Of a DNA stretch of 64,000 bases, positions 26,420-37,408 are shown piece after piece (position 1 is the stretch's first letter; every line of letters starts with the position of its first letter). Source of the DNA: Arcobacteraceae bacterium (lineage in GTDB: Bacteria > Campylobacterota > Campylobacteria > Campylobacterales > Arcobacteraceae). The position numbers were made by a program, and so were the translations under genes. The notes under the pieces are model-generated. The model was not told the DNA's origin. It did not search any database and worked only from the letters and a program-made list of their open reading frames with translations. The stretch spans positions 224,001 through 288,000 of the forward strand of contig CBDCZH010000015.1 of the NCBI GenBank assembly GCA_965224485.1. Direction: 5' to 3'.

Positions 26420-26480
26420 TCCAGACTCTCATGTTACCACCGCTCTTTCGTTTGGTGTGTATCACTTAAATTGGACGGGA

Positions 26481-26509
26481 ATTATAGACAATTTATTCTC
26501 TTTTGTCAA
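26481..26509 (-). promoter_or_regulatory. sigma70 rRNA promoter
   Basis: Minus strand TTGACA-17 bp-TATAAT followed by GC-rich TCCCGTCC. Confidence 0.9.
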
Positions 26510-26513
26510 GGGT

Positions 26514-27176
26514 TTACTCTTCAATTTGGCTTAAATTTGCAAAGTTTTGTTTTTTATAAATTTTTTCATGAATATATCCAGTGCTATTTTCTACAATTAT
26601 AGTTCTAGAATCACCATTTTTATGCACTAGTGTGATAAGACAAGGTTTTTTAATCTCATATTTATAATGTTCACCTTTTTTATTTGAAAGTCTTGAATAA
26701 ACTCTACCATCACTGCCAAATGATATTTGACCTAGTGATTTTGTTTTATTGCAAGATACATTTACTTCTTTTATATTAAACTCTTGTGTTAATAAAACAT
26801 ATTTACTTGAATCTTTTGTTTCTTTACAAGTATGAAAAGAGTAAAGGTATTTTTTATCTAAGGGATCTTTTAGTGTATGTGTTTTTTTAATTTTACCAGT
26901 TTTATTTTTATCACTATATATAATGTAATATAATCCTTCTACATTTTTATTGCAAGAAAAGAACTTTAAAGACCAGCGTTTTTTATGCCATAAGGGATCA
27001 TCAAGTGAATACATATCATTAATCATGGCTTGATATCTTGTTTGTTTTAAGTATAGAACTAATCTTGAAGTGGCAACTTGTAAATCTTGGTCTTTTATTT
27101 TAGGAATCACCATAAAAGAAATTAAGGACAATAAAAAAATTACAAAAACTAACTCTAGAAGGGTTAAAGCTTTCAT
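26514..27176 (-). CDS. prepilin-type N-terminal cleavage/methylation domain protein (pseudopilin-like)
   Basis: KA|LTLLELVFVI N-terminus. Confidence 0.8.
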   Translation of the reverse strand: MKALTLLELVFVIFLLSLISFMVIPKIKDQDLQVATSRLVLYLKQTRYQAMINDMYSLDDPLWHKKRWSLKFFSCNKNVEGLYYIIYSDKNKTGKIKKTHTLKDPLDKKYLYSFHTCKETKDSSKYVLLTQEFNIKEVNVSCNKTKSLGQISFGSDGRVYSRLSNKKGEHYKYEIKKPCLITLVHKNGDSRTIIVENSTGYIHEKIYKKQNFANLSQIEE

Positions 27177-28369
27177 CTTTTTTGTACATATAAAGTATTA
27201 ACAATCTTTCCATAATAAATAATATCAAATTTTTCATCATAAGCATTTAGTTTTTTTAAACTAATATAATAAGCATCTCCTTCTTTAATTCCATAAAAGC
27301 TTAATCTTTTTCCTAAAGAATAACTATTAACATAAACATTGTTTATATTATTATCTTTTAAAATCTTAGCAATATCTTTTGCTATATGATAATTATAAGC
27401 AAAATGTTTTTTTGGATTTTCTAAGAGTAAATAAATTGGTTTATTAAATAAGGTCAAAAACACATTTATAAAAAGTATGAGTAAGGTTGCATAAGCTACA
27501 TTTTTATAAAAACCTCTAAATTGTGGAAGTCTCACTCTTAAAGTATGTAAGTACAATTTTGTCATTAAAGGAATAGTAATAATTACATAAGGAGCAAAGT
27601 CTTCTATATATATTCTTTGCCTAAATGCAAATAATAAAGAAAAACTCAAAGCTGTAATACTAATATACCAGTAAATTGTTCTCTCCCCTCTAACACCTAT
27701 TCTATACATTGCATAAAAAAAGTATAAAAATAGTAAAGGAGAGAAGATAGAAGCATATATTCCAAAAGTATCAATCAGATGACTTTGTGGTTTACCGCTT
27801 GTATTAAAACCATAAATATACATAGATAAAGTAAATAAAAGTAAGGATATAATAAGAAGTTTATTTTCTCTTTTATTTAAAGAATAAAAAAATAACGCTA
27901 AAAATAAAATAGCGAAAGAGTTATCTATAAATAAAAAAATCACCAATAAATAATAGTTGTGTTTGCCATTTTTTTGGTACAAGTACAAATATAAAAGTGT
28001 ACAAGCAATAACTATAATTGCAGTATTTACAAGTAAAGAAGCAGAAATAAGTCCAGGCAAGGACATAAAAACAAGTATATTGATTAATCTATCAAATTCA
28101 TATCTAAAATAATTTTTAGTTATCTTATACATTAGAATTGAACTTAAGGCATAAAAAATAATAAAAGGAAATCTTAGGGCAAAATCATTAAAACCAAATA
28201 TATGCAAGGGTAAATAAGTAATATAGGTTAAAATTGATTTATTGTTTAAAACATTTAGAGCTTCTTTATATGAAATACTTAAAGTATCAGCAGTAACAAT
28301 CAAAATTATTATGAATATACTTAATATAAAATAAAATAAATAGTTTTGTCTTTTACTGCTTATATTCAT
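27173..28369 (-). CDS. polytopic membrane protein, glycosyltransferase family 39/ArnT-like
   Basis: Multiple TM helices; FGFNDFALRFP motif. Confidence 0.65.
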   Translation of the reverse strand: MNISSKRQNYLFYFILSIFIIILIVTADTLSISYKEALNVLNNKSILTYITYLPLHIFGFNDFALRFPFIIFYALSSILMYKITKNYFRYEFDRLINILVFMSLPGLISASLLVNTAIIVIACTLLYLYLYQKNGKHNYYLLVIFLFIDNSFAILFLALFFYSLNKRENKLLIISLLLFTLSMYIYGFNTSGKPQSHLIDTFGIYASIFSPLLFLYFFYAMYRIGVRGERTIYWYISITALSFSLLFAFRQRIYIEDFAPYVIITIPLMTKLYLHTLRVRLPQFRGFYKNVAYATLLILFINVFLTLFNKPIYLLLENPKKHFAYNYHIAKDIAKILKDNNINNVYVNSYSLGKRLSFYGIKEGDAYYISLKKLNAYDEKFDIIYYGKIVNTLYVQKR

Positions 28370-28935
28370 ATTTTTAAGAAATTATTTATCATTTCATGAC
28401 CATATTCACTCATAATAGATTCAGGATGAAATTGAACTCCATAAACTTGTTTATCTTTAATTTCTAAACTCATCATCTCATTATCATCTAAAGAAATTGA
28501 AGTAGGAATGATAATTGATGGTAAATTTGTTTGCTCTACACTTAAAGAGTGGTATCTTGTTTGAATAAACTCTTGTGGTAAATCATTAAATATAAGAGAT
28601 TGTTTTAAAACTTTTATTTTAGATGTTTTTCCATGCATCATACGTTTTGCTCTTATTATTTTAGCCCCAAATACTTGAGCAATACTTTGATGACCTAGAC
28701 AAATTCCTAAAATTGGCAATTTTGAAGCAAAGTATTCTATTGCTTCTAAACAAATACCTGCCTCATTTGGAGTAGCTGGTCCAGGAGATATTATGATTTT
28801 ACTAGGATTTAAAGCTATAATTTCTTCTAAGCTTAATTCATCATTTCTTATAATCTTTAAATTAGCTCCTAATTCTTTACAGTATTGAACTATATTATAA
28901 GTAAAAGAGTCATAATTATCAATCATTAGAATCAT
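28366..28935 (-). CDS. anthranilate/aminodeoxychorismate synthase glutamine amidotransferase (TrpG/PabA)
   Basis: IDNYDSFTYN, SPGP, GICLGHQ, QFHPES. Confidence 0.95.
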   Translation of the reverse strand: MILMIDNYDSFTYNIVQYCKELGANLKIIRNDELSLEEIIALNPSKIIISPGPATPNEAGICLEAIEYFASKLPILGICLGHQSIAQVFGAKIIRAKRMMHGKTSKIKVLKQSLIFNDLPQEFIQTRYHSLSVEQTNLPSIIIPTSISLDDNEMMSLEIKDKQVYGVQFHPESIMSEYGHEMINNFLKI

Positions 28936-29203
28936 TATTTACCTCCTCTTGATATTTTCTCATTTGGGCATTTACACTTGAAAACTGTTCATTTGTAATT
29001 TTTTCATCTTGAATCCATTTATTCTCATTTGGCTCAATTATAATTCCATAGTTTGTACACAGTTCATCCAGTTTTTTAAAATATTCATTCATATCTTGGC
29101 AAATTTCTTTTTTATCATCTTCAAGATAAACTAATTCAATAAACCAATCATCCATTAACTCACCACTTGATTTAATTCTTGATTCAAAAACTAAAGACAT
29201 CAT
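28919..29203 (-). CDS. acidic hypothetical protein
   Basis: 94-aa ORF with AAGG RBS, overlapping the trpG/pabA start. Confidence 0.7.
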   Translation of the reverse strand: MMSLVFESRIKSSGELMDDWFIELVYLEDDKKEICQDMNEYFKKLDELCTNYGIIIEPNENKWIQDEKITNEQFSSVNAQMRKYQEEVNNDSND

Positions 29204-29301
29204 TAACCTTTTTTATTAGTATTATAACAAGATAAAATTAAATACATTAGCATAAGAAATTAAATTAGGAAAAAAAGAAACATAATTATTAAAATTTTAT
29301 A

Positions 29302-29320
29302 AGAAATGATAACCATTATT
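29302..29320. promoter_or_regulatory. Fur box
   Basis: AGAAATGATAACCATTATT, 14/19 identical to GATAATGATAATCATTATC; upstream of iron ABC operon. Confidence 0.75.
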
Positions 29321-29387
29321 AATATTAAGACGTTTTAAAGCTTTATTTCTTTATTATCCATTTACAAAATTAAAACAAAGGTAAAAC

Positions 29388-30395
29388 ATGTTAAAAAAAC
29401 TTGTATTAAGTTCACTTGTATTAGTAAGTTCTGTATTTGCAGCCAATGAGGTAAATGTTTATTCACATAGACATTATAATACTGATAAAAAATTATTCAA
29501 AATGTTTGAAGCAAAAACTGGAATTAAAGTTAATGTAGTTAAAGCTAAGGCTGATGCATTAATTAACAGAATTGAAAGTGAAGGTAAAAATTCACCAGCT
29601 GATGTACTAATTACTGTTGATGCAGGAAGATTACAAAAAGCTAAAGCAAAAGGTTTATTCCAATCAATTGATTCTAAATACTTAAATGACAATATTCCTA
29701 AAATCTATAGAGATTCTGATAATCAATGGTTTGCACTTACAAAAAGAGCAAGAGTTTCTGTTGTTAAAAAAGATTCTGGAATTGAAAATGAATTTGTTAC
29801 TTATGAAGACTTAGCAGATCCAAAATTTAAAGGAATGATTGTAGTTAGATCTTCTTCTAATATATATAACCAATCTTTATTAGCTGCTATGATTGAACAT
29901 CATGATGAAGCTTATGCACTTAAATGGGCAAAAGGTATGGTTGCTAACATGGCTAGATCTCCAAAAGGTAATGATAGAGCACAAGTTAAAGCTGTTGCAA
30001 ATGGAATAGGGAAAATTGCAATTGCAAACACTTATTACATTGGTAAAATGGTTGATAACAAAGACAAGTCTCAAAGAGATGCAGTTGCTAAAATGAAAAT
30101 TTATTTTCCAAAATTTGAAAATGGTGGAACTCATGTAAACATTTCTGGTGCTGGTGTTACTAAATATGCTCCAAATAAAGCAAATGCAATTAAATTCATT
30201 GAATTCTTAGCTTCAAAAGATGCACAGGAATTATTTGCAACAAAAAGTTATGAGTACCCTGTTTTAGCAGGAACTAAATCATCTAAATTAGTTTCATCTT
30301 GGGGAACTTTTACAGAAGATAATATTTCTATTAACTCTTTAGGTGAAAATAATACTAAAGCTGTTAAAATATTTAACAAAGCATCTTGGAAATAA
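29388..30395 (+). CDS. Fe(3+) ABC transporter substrate-binding protein (FutA/FbpA family)
   Basis: Signal peptide, VYSHRHY, PADVLITVDAG, ANTYY. Confidence 0.92.
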   Translation: MLKKLVLSSLVLVSSVFAANEVNVYSHRHYNTDKKLFKMFEAKTGIKVNVVKAKADALINRIESEGKNSPADVLITVDAGRLQKAKAKGLFQSIDSKYLNDNIPKIYRDSDNQWFALTKRARVSVVKKDSGIENEFVTYEDLADPKFKGMIVVRSSSNIYNQSLLAAMIEHHDEAYALKWAKGMVANMARSPKGNDRAQVKAVANGIGKIAIANTYYIGKMVDNKDKSQRDAVAKMKIYFPKFENGGTHVNISGAGVTKYAPNKANAIKFIEFLASKDAQELFATKSYEYPVLAGTKSSKLVSSWGTFTEDNISINSLGENNTKAVKIFNKASWK

Positions 30396-30404
30396 AGATA
30401 ATAA

Positions 30405-31991
30405 TTGAAATTTTTTAATAAACTAACAATAAGTAGTGTTATATTAACACTACTTATTTCTATTCCCGCCCTACTAATATTAGCAAATATTTTCACACCA
30501 ACTAGTGAGATCTGGATACACTTAAAAGATACAGTTTTGAGTGAGTATATATATAACTCTTTATATATAATGTTGGGAGTAGCCCTTTTAACTTCTGTTA
30601 TTGGTTTCTCAACTGCTTATATTACAACTATGTATAGTTTTACTTTCTCAAAATTCTATCACTATGCTCTAATTTTGCCTTTTGCAATTCCTACTTATAT
30701 TGTTTCTTATGTATATGCAGGAATGTTTGATATAACAGGTTCTGTAACTATGTTTATTTTAGGTCTTTTAGGAAAAGAAAATATTACACAAGTATATTTT
30801 ATGGATATTATGTCCATACAAGGTGCTGTATTAGTAATGTCTTTAGTTCTATATCCTTATGTATACTTAATCTCAAAAACATATTTAATAGCAGAATCTT
30901 CATCTATTATAGATGCTTCAAAAACAATGGGTTTATCACCTTTTAAAACATTTAGAAAAGTAATCATACCAATTTCTAGACCTGCTATTGTTGCAGGAAC
31001 TATTTTAGCAGTTATGGAAGCAGTTGCTGATTTTGGTGTAGTTGATTATTATGGAATTCCTACTTTTGTAACAGGTATATTTAGCACTTGGTACGGTATG
31101 GGATCAGTGCAAGATGCTTCAAAACTAGCCTCAATGTTAATGTTATTTATATTTACTTTAATATTTTTAGAAAGATTCCAAAGACGAAATATAAAATATA
31201 GATCATCTGGAAAAGATTTTGCTCCAATTTCAAAAAAGAAGCTAAAAGGGAAACATAATGTTCTAGCCTTCTTATTATGTTTCTTTCCTGTATTTTTTGG
31301 TTTTATTTTACCATTTGCTCAAATGTGTTATTGGTTCTCTTTAACATATATGGATATTATTGATGAAGATTTTTTAAGAATTATTATTCAAACTGTATCT
31401 TTAGGATTAATAGGCTCACTTCTAATAACAGTTTTGGGTTTTATTTTTGTATATAATGTAAGACTACATAAGAGTAAAATTTCTGATAACTTAACACAAA
31501 TTGTAAAACTAGGATATTCTATTCCAGGTGCTGTTGTAGCTGTTGGAGTATTAAGTTTATTTGGAATATTAAATAAAAGTTTTGATATTGTTTTATCTGG
31601 AACCATTCTATCTGTACTATTTGCTTATTGCGTAAGATTTTTAGCCATTTCTATAAATAACTACGAAGCAGGTTTTTCAAAAATTCCCAAGTCTTATGAT
31701 GATGCTTCATCTACAATGAGTTTAAATGAAAATTCAAAATTAAGAAAAGTAATTTTCCCTTTAATTAAAAACTCAGCCCTAGCTTCAGCAATAGTTATAT
31801 TTATAGAAATAATAAAAGAACTGCCACTAACAATGATTTTAAGACCTTTTAACTTTGATACCTTAGCTGTATATTCTCATGAATTAGTATCTCAAGCACA
31901 AGTTTATGAATCTTCAGTTCCTGCTATGTTTATAGTAGTTTTAGGAATAATTTCAGTATTAGTATTAGCAAAAAAAATGATTAAGGACTAA
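30405..31991 (+). CDS. Fe(3+) ABC transporter permease
   Basis: Duplicated permease domain; KELPLTMILRPFNFDTL. Confidence 0.92.
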   Translation: MKFFNKLTISSVILTLLISIPALLILANIFTPTSEIWIHLKDTVLSEYIYNSLYIMLGVALLTSVIGFSTAYITTMYSFTFSKFYHYALILPFAIPTYIVSYVYAGMFDITGSVTMFILGLLGKENITQVYFMDIMSIQGAVLVMSLVLYPYVYLISKTYLIAESSSIIDASKTMGLSPFKTFRKVIIPISRPAIVAGTILAVMEAVADFGVVDYYGIPTFVTGIFSTWYGMGSVQDASKLASMLMLFIFTLIFLERFQRRNIKYRSSGKDFAPISKKKLKGKHNVLAFLLCFFPVFFGFILPFAQMCYWFSLTYMDIIDEDFLRIIIQTVSLGLIGSLLITVLGFIFVYNVRLHKSKISDNLTQIVKLGYSIPGAVVAVGVLSLFGILNKSFDIVLSGTILSVLFAYCVRFLAISINNYEAGFSKIPKSYDDASSTMSLNENSKLRKVIFPLIKNSALASAIVIFIEIIKELPLTMILRPFNFDTLAVYSHELVSQAQVYESSVPAMFIVVLGIISVLVLAKKMIKD

Positions 31992-31992
31992 A

Positions 31993-32991
31993 ATGACAAG
32001 TATAAGTTTACAAAACTTCTCTATTTCTTTTGGAGATACAAAAATTTTACAAAATGTATCTTTTGATGTAAAAAAAGGAGAGATTGTAACTATTTTAGGA
32101 GCTAGTGGTTCTGGTAAAAGTACAATATTACGCTCAATTTCTTCCTTAGAAGATAAGTATACGGGTGATATATTTTTACATAAATGCTGTGTAAGTAGAA
32201 ACAATAATTCCTGTGAAAACCAAGATATTGGTTATATCTTTCAAGATTATGCACTTTTTCCTCATTTGAATGTTGAAGAAAATATAAGTTTTGCTTTAAA
32301 AAACATGAGCAAAAAAGAAAAAGAAATAATCGTAGATAAGTTATTGAAACAATTTGACTTAACTGCACATAAATATAAACAAATACATGAACTCTCAGGC
32401 GGGCAACAGCAAAGAGTTTCAATTGCACGAGTAATAGCTTATGAGCCAAGAATTTTACTACTTGATGAACCCTTTTCAAACCTTGATTCACTTTTAAGAA
32501 ATAAAACTAAAATATGGTTAAAAAACATTATAAAAGAGTTTGGTTTTTCTGCTGTATTAGTAACACATGATAAAAAAGAGGCCTTAAGTATATCTGATAA
32601 AATTGGAATCATTCAAGATAAAACTATAGTTCAATTTGCAAGTCCTAAAGAATTATTTGAAAATCCAGTAAATAAATATGTTGCAAACTTTTTAGGTGAA
32701 ATAAACGAATTACCAAAAGAAATCTTAGAAAAATTTTCAGTAAAAAATAAAGATGATAAAGATGTAATAATAAGAGTAAACAAAACATTTATAAAAAAAG
32801 CAAAAGATGAACATAAATTAAGAATTTTAGACATCTCTTATTGTGGAGATTATTATGAAGTATCATTACAGTTTTCACAATATAATGAGTATTATGTAAA
32901 TATACATATGCAAGATGTAGAAAGCTTAAGTCTGAATGATGATGTTTATTTAGATATAAAAAAAGAAGATATAATTTTAATAAACAAATAA
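31993..32991 (+). CDS. Fe(3+) ABC transporter ATP-binding protein
   Basis: GASGSGKST, FQDYALFPH, LSGGQQQR. Confidence 0.92.
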   Translation: MTSISLQNFSISFGDTKILQNVSFDVKKGEIVTILGASGSGKSTILRSISSLEDKYTGDIFLHKCCVSRNNNSCENQDIGYIFQDYALFPHLNVEENISFALKNMSKKEKEIIVDKLLKQFDLTAHKYKQIHELSGGQQQRVSIARVIAYEPRILLLDEPFSNLDSLLRNKTKIWLKNIIKEFGFSAVLVTHDKKEALSISDKIGIIQDKTIVQFASPKELFENPVNKYVANFLGEINELPKEILEKFSVKNKDDKDVIIRVNKTFIKKAKDEHKLRILDISYCGDYYEVSLQFSQYNEYYVNIHMQDVESLSLNDDVYLDIKKEDIILINK

Positions 32992-33058
32992 AGAAAAGAA
33001 AAAGAGATAAAAGAGAGACAAAAATATCTCTCTTTTCTTAGAATAAGATCTAAGTCTT

Positions 33059-34874
33059 TTAAAGCTGAAACTTTTTTGTAAATTCATCACTTAAATTAAG
33101 AATTCCTCTATTATTTAAGTCTTGTAATACTTCTTTAGTGCAATCAACATCATCAGGCCAACGTCTTTTAAAGTTATCATGTGAGTTTTTATTTGTAGCA
33201 TCTAAGCTTATACAAGAATTTTGTATATATAAATCTCTATTGGAATCAATATTATTAACAACTCTCCATATAAGCATATATGCATTATCTAAATCATTTT
33301 GATTACCTTCATCTATAATAATCAATATTTTTACATGTTTTAAAACTTCACTTAACTCTTCTATTAAATATTTTTGAGATCTTGTTTTTATAACTTTGAT
33401 AAAAGTAACAGGATTTTTAGTATCTTTATAATACTGTTTTAAAGATATAACATCAGAAGATATATTTTGCATTTTTTCTAATAATTCTTTATCTTCTAAT
33501 AAAGTGATTCCAAGCTGCGAAATTTCTTCACCCGTACAATCAAGTCCAAGTTTCCCACCAACTGCGAACTTAGGTGAACTATGATCAAGGGCATCAACTA
33601 CACCTTTTGAGATAAACAGTTCTTCTATATCAATTCTATTTAAAATATATCTAGTTAGTTCATCATGAGAAGTTAAATCCGGTGCATCCTCACCTACAAA
33701 AATAGCATGTTTAACAAAACTCATCTGCCCTACTCCCCAAAAAGCATGCATCATTTGCTGGGCATGTCCTGGATATAAAGTTTTTATTTTTGCAAAAATA
33801 AGATTATGAAATACTCCATTTTCTGGCATATAATAATCAAGTAAATCAGGACAAGTTGTTTTTAAAAGTGGAAGAAATATTCTCTCTGTTGCATGTCCCA
33901 TATACTTATCTTCTAAAGGTGGTTTTCCAACAACTGTAGCTAAGAACACAGGTTCTTTTTTTTGTGTAATTGCTGTAACTTCTAAAAAAGGATACTCTTC
34001 TTCTAGGGTATAATAACCAGTATGATCACCAAAAGGCCCTTCAATTCTTAGCTTAGAAGGATCTACAAAACCTTCAATAATATAATCATTATCTCTTGGC
34101 ACATAAATATCATTAGTAATACTTTTAACTAATTGTGCATTTTTGTTTTTAATAAAACCATATAACATAAGTTCAAAGACACCTATTGGTAAAGGAGCTT
34201 GCCCACACCAAATATACATAGGATCTCCACCAATTCCAATAGAAACTGGCATTTTTTTACCAACTTTTTTATACTCATGGAAAAAATGATTTGAATCTTT
34301 GTGTATTTGCCAATGCATTCCTAGGGTATGATCATCATACACTTGTAATCTATACATTCCTAAGTTATGCATCTCTCCACTTAAAGAAGTAGTATAAACC
34401 TGTCCCATAGTAATAAAAGGTCCTCCATCTTGTTCCCAAGTAGTTAAAACTGGTAAATCACTTAGTTTAGCATCCTTCCCAAGTTTGATTATTTCTTGAC
34501 ACTCACCTTTTTTCTTTGAACGTTTTGGAAATACATTTTTTAAGCTAAAAAGTTTAGCAAAAGTAGATAACTTATCAGCAAAACCCCTTAGGTGGCTTCA
34601 TCTTTAGTAAGCTCTCAATCTTAGCACCTATTTCATCACCATTTCCAATAAAAAGTTCAACTGCTTTAGCATTACAAAATACATTCATCAAAATAGGTTC
34701 AGTAAATTTTTTGTTATTCTTTTTATCAACAACATTAGTAAATAATAAAGCCTTAGAATCCTCTTTTTTAACTTCAATATAGGCAATATGCGGGATTTCT
34801 AAATATATATCTAATTCATCATCAATGATTCTTAATAAATCATTCTTCTTTAATAATTCAATCGCTTCTTTCAT
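33059..34874 (-). pseudogene. UbiD-family menaquinone biosynthesis decarboxylase (MqnL-like), frameshifted as sequenced
   Basis: ORFs 34575-34874 and 33059-34408 join if one G is removed from AAGGGGTTTT (CCCC at 34584-34587), giving PPKGFADKLSTF...WEQDGGPFITMGQ; EGPFGDHTG motif. Confidence 0.85.
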
Positions 34875-35001
34875 TTTATATCCAAATTATTTTTATCTAA
34901 TTCTATCTATTTTTTTATTGATATAAGCCTAAGACTTGTAAAAATAGAAAAACTTTATAAATATCTTAGGTTTAGGATATAAAGAAATAAACTCTTATAC
35001 T

Positions 35002-35313
35002 TTAGTTTTTAGATTTTCTTTTTAGGTCTAATTTAATCAGTTTTTCTATTAAATAAAAACCAAAAGGTGTTAAAGAATATATAAAATAATCAAAAGCAAT
35101 ATCTCTTTTAATTTGATATTTTTTCATATAATCAAATAAGAGAATAATAAATACGATAAATAATATACCATGTGTCATTCCTATGATTTTCATAACAATT
35201 GCATTATCAAATAAGTATTTTAAAGGCATTGCTATAAACATCAATACTAAATAAGAAAATCCTTCTATATAAGATATAATTCTAAATCTGTTTCTTGCAG
35301 TATTTTTTTTCAT
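35002..35313 (-). CDS. small membrane protein, DUF3817-like
   Basis: RFRIISYIEGFSYLVLMFIAMPLKY, GMTHG; ATG at 35313 overlaps upstream stop. Confidence 0.8.
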   Translation of the reverse strand: MKKNTARNRFRIISYIEGFSYLVLMFIAMPLKYLFDNAIVMKIIGMTHGILFIVFIILLFDYMKKYQIKRDIAFDYFIYSLTPFGFYLIEKLIKLDLKRKSKN

Positions 35314-35759
35314 TATATCATCTTCATTATGCTTAAAAAACATATCATAGAAAAGATGCCAAAAGATGAAATACTTAAAAAGTTTAGTCTTTTTTTAGTT
35401 ATTTTTATATTCGATTCATTAGAAGTAAGTTCTCTCATATATATTTTATATAAATGATGAATTATTGCTAATATAGATATTAGAAAAAACTTAAGATATA
35501 TCCATATACCACTTTCTAAGAGTGATTTATTTATTATTATTAAAGATATTCCACATGTAACAGCAAGAATAAAACCAAGTGACATTATATATCTATATAT
35601 TATCTTCTCTTCTTTTTTTATATCTTTTAATATAAGAGTATTTTCTAAATGCACTATATCAAGATGATGTATTAACAATCTAGGAAAATATATCAACATA
35701 CTAATCCAAAGGATAATTGATATTAAGTGTAAGGCCTTTATAAACTCATAATATTCCAT
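35313..35759 (-). CDS. HemJ/CopD-family membrane protein (divergent)
   Basis: KALHLISIILWISMLIYFPRLLIHH resembles the HemJ N-terminus; WIYLK. Confidence 0.7.
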   Translation of the reverse strand: MEYYEFIKALHLISIILWISMLIYFPRLLIHHLDIVHLENTLILKDIKKEEKIIYRYIMSLGFILAVTCGISLIIINKSLLESGIWIYLKFFLISILAIIHHLYKIYMRELTSNESNIKITKKRLNFLSISSFGIFSMICFLSIMKMI

Positions 35760-35841
35760 ATTTACTCCAAGTAATTTAATTATAAATAGTGTACAATTTT
35801 AAAGAAATATACTTATATCATATTGCGAACAAAGGATAAAA

Positions 35842-36868
35842 TTGCAAAATAACAAAGATAGCTTACCTAGTATGATCTTTTTCTCTATTCTTGATTTTTT
35901 TAAAAAAAAATATAAATTTGATACCTCAGAATTTATGAAAAAAAGAAATATACAAGGTAGTGATTTAGAAGTAAAAATACATTATTTAAATGAAGCAGTT
36001 GATGAAGTAATAAAACAAACAAAAGATTATAATGTACTATTTCACTTAGCAACTCTAGCAACTCCAAAACATATTGGAGTTTTAGGTTATATGATGCTTC
36101 ATTCAAGCAATATATGTGAAGCACTAAATAAAATGTGCAAATATTATCTTCTAATAGGCAAAAGCATTAAACCTATTTTTATAAAAACTCAAAATGGATA
36201 TAAAATTGGAATATATGAAAATAATGAAAAAAATGGACTTTTAAACTTAGAGAAATACAAAGCACAAATACATTTATTTGCAATAATCCATTTAATAAAT
36301 AATATTACAAATAAAAAAATAAAACCTTCATGTATTACTTTTATTCAAGAAAAGCCTCCACTTTCAGATTTTAGCAATAATCTTGGAATAAAAGTACTTT
36401 TCAATTCTGATGAAAATGCAATTTATTTTGATAAAAATATTGAAGATATTGAAACAACATCATCTAATAACAAAATGTTAAAAATCTTTGAAAAAGAAGC
36501 ACAAGAAATATTAAACCTAAAATTAATAGGTGAAACACTAAAAATAAAAGTATCCGGTTTTATTTTAGTATCTACTAGTCAATTAGATATTTCCATAAAA
36601 AGTATTGCAAATAAAGCAAATCTTTCAGTGCGTGTTTTACAAAAACATTTAAAAAAAGAAGATACAACTTTTGGAAAAATTTTAGAAGATGTAAGAAAAA
36701 AAACTAGCAAGGTATTATTTAATAAAAGGCATAGATATAGAAAGTATCTCAGTAGCTCTTGGATTTAGTGAAATAAGTTCTTTTTTTAGAGCTTTTAAAA
36801 AATGGCATAATATAAGTCCAAAAAAGTGGTTGAAAGGATATTTGGCTGATGGAGTTAAAAGTTGGTAA
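35842..36868 (+). pseudogene. AraC-family transcriptional regulator, frameshifted as sequenced
   Basis: Removing one A from the A8 run at 36696-36703 gives VRKKLARYYL...ISVALGFSEISSFFRAFKKWHNISPKKW to TAA at 36868 (second AraC HTH). Confidence 0.85.
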
Positions 36869-36964
36869 GTTGGTAAGTTGGTAAGTTGGTAAGTTGGTAA
36901 GTTGGTAAGTTGGTAAGTTGGTAAGTTGGTAAGTTGGTAAGTTGGTAAGTTGGTAAGTTGGTAA
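36861..36964. repeat. 8-bp tandem repeat (GTTGGTAA)x13
   Basis: 13 perfect units; first unit contains the AraC stop codon. Confidence 0.98.
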
Positions 36965-37013
36965 GTAAGGGTTAAATAATATTTCTTTAAATCATATTAT
37001 TTTTCTTTATTTT

Positions 37014-37046
37014 TGACACAAACTATGACATGTTTTTATATACTAT
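37014..37046 (+). promoter_or_regulatory. putative regulated promoter, copy 1
   Basis: TGACACAAACTATGACA-N10-TACTAT; near-identical copy at 42432-42465. Confidence 0.55.
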
Positions 37047-37408
37047 TATTGAAATATAATTTTAATTTTGGGTGTATTTTTATAAAATATTATATCCTTA
37101 AGAATGGCAGTATCATACCATGCTAAATTAACAATTCAATCAACCTTTTTGTACTCTAAAGAGTCTTTATTACTGTGCTTAGACTATTAAGGAGTAAATT
37201 TGGATAATATACTGCAATTAATTCACAAAATCAAAAAATATATTAGCAAATATAAATACTTAGGAAATATTAAAATGGAAATAATTTATTCAAAAAAAAA
37301 TCATCAAGAAATTAACACTAAAGTTTTATTTAAATCTTCTGAATTTAAAGAGAGTGTAATAAGGAATCAGCAGAAAAATTTGCACTTATAGCATGCACAA
37401 CAAGATAT

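Noticed and set aside
36861..36964. Possible CRISPR array
   Set aside because: Contiguous 8-mers with no spacers and no cas genes.
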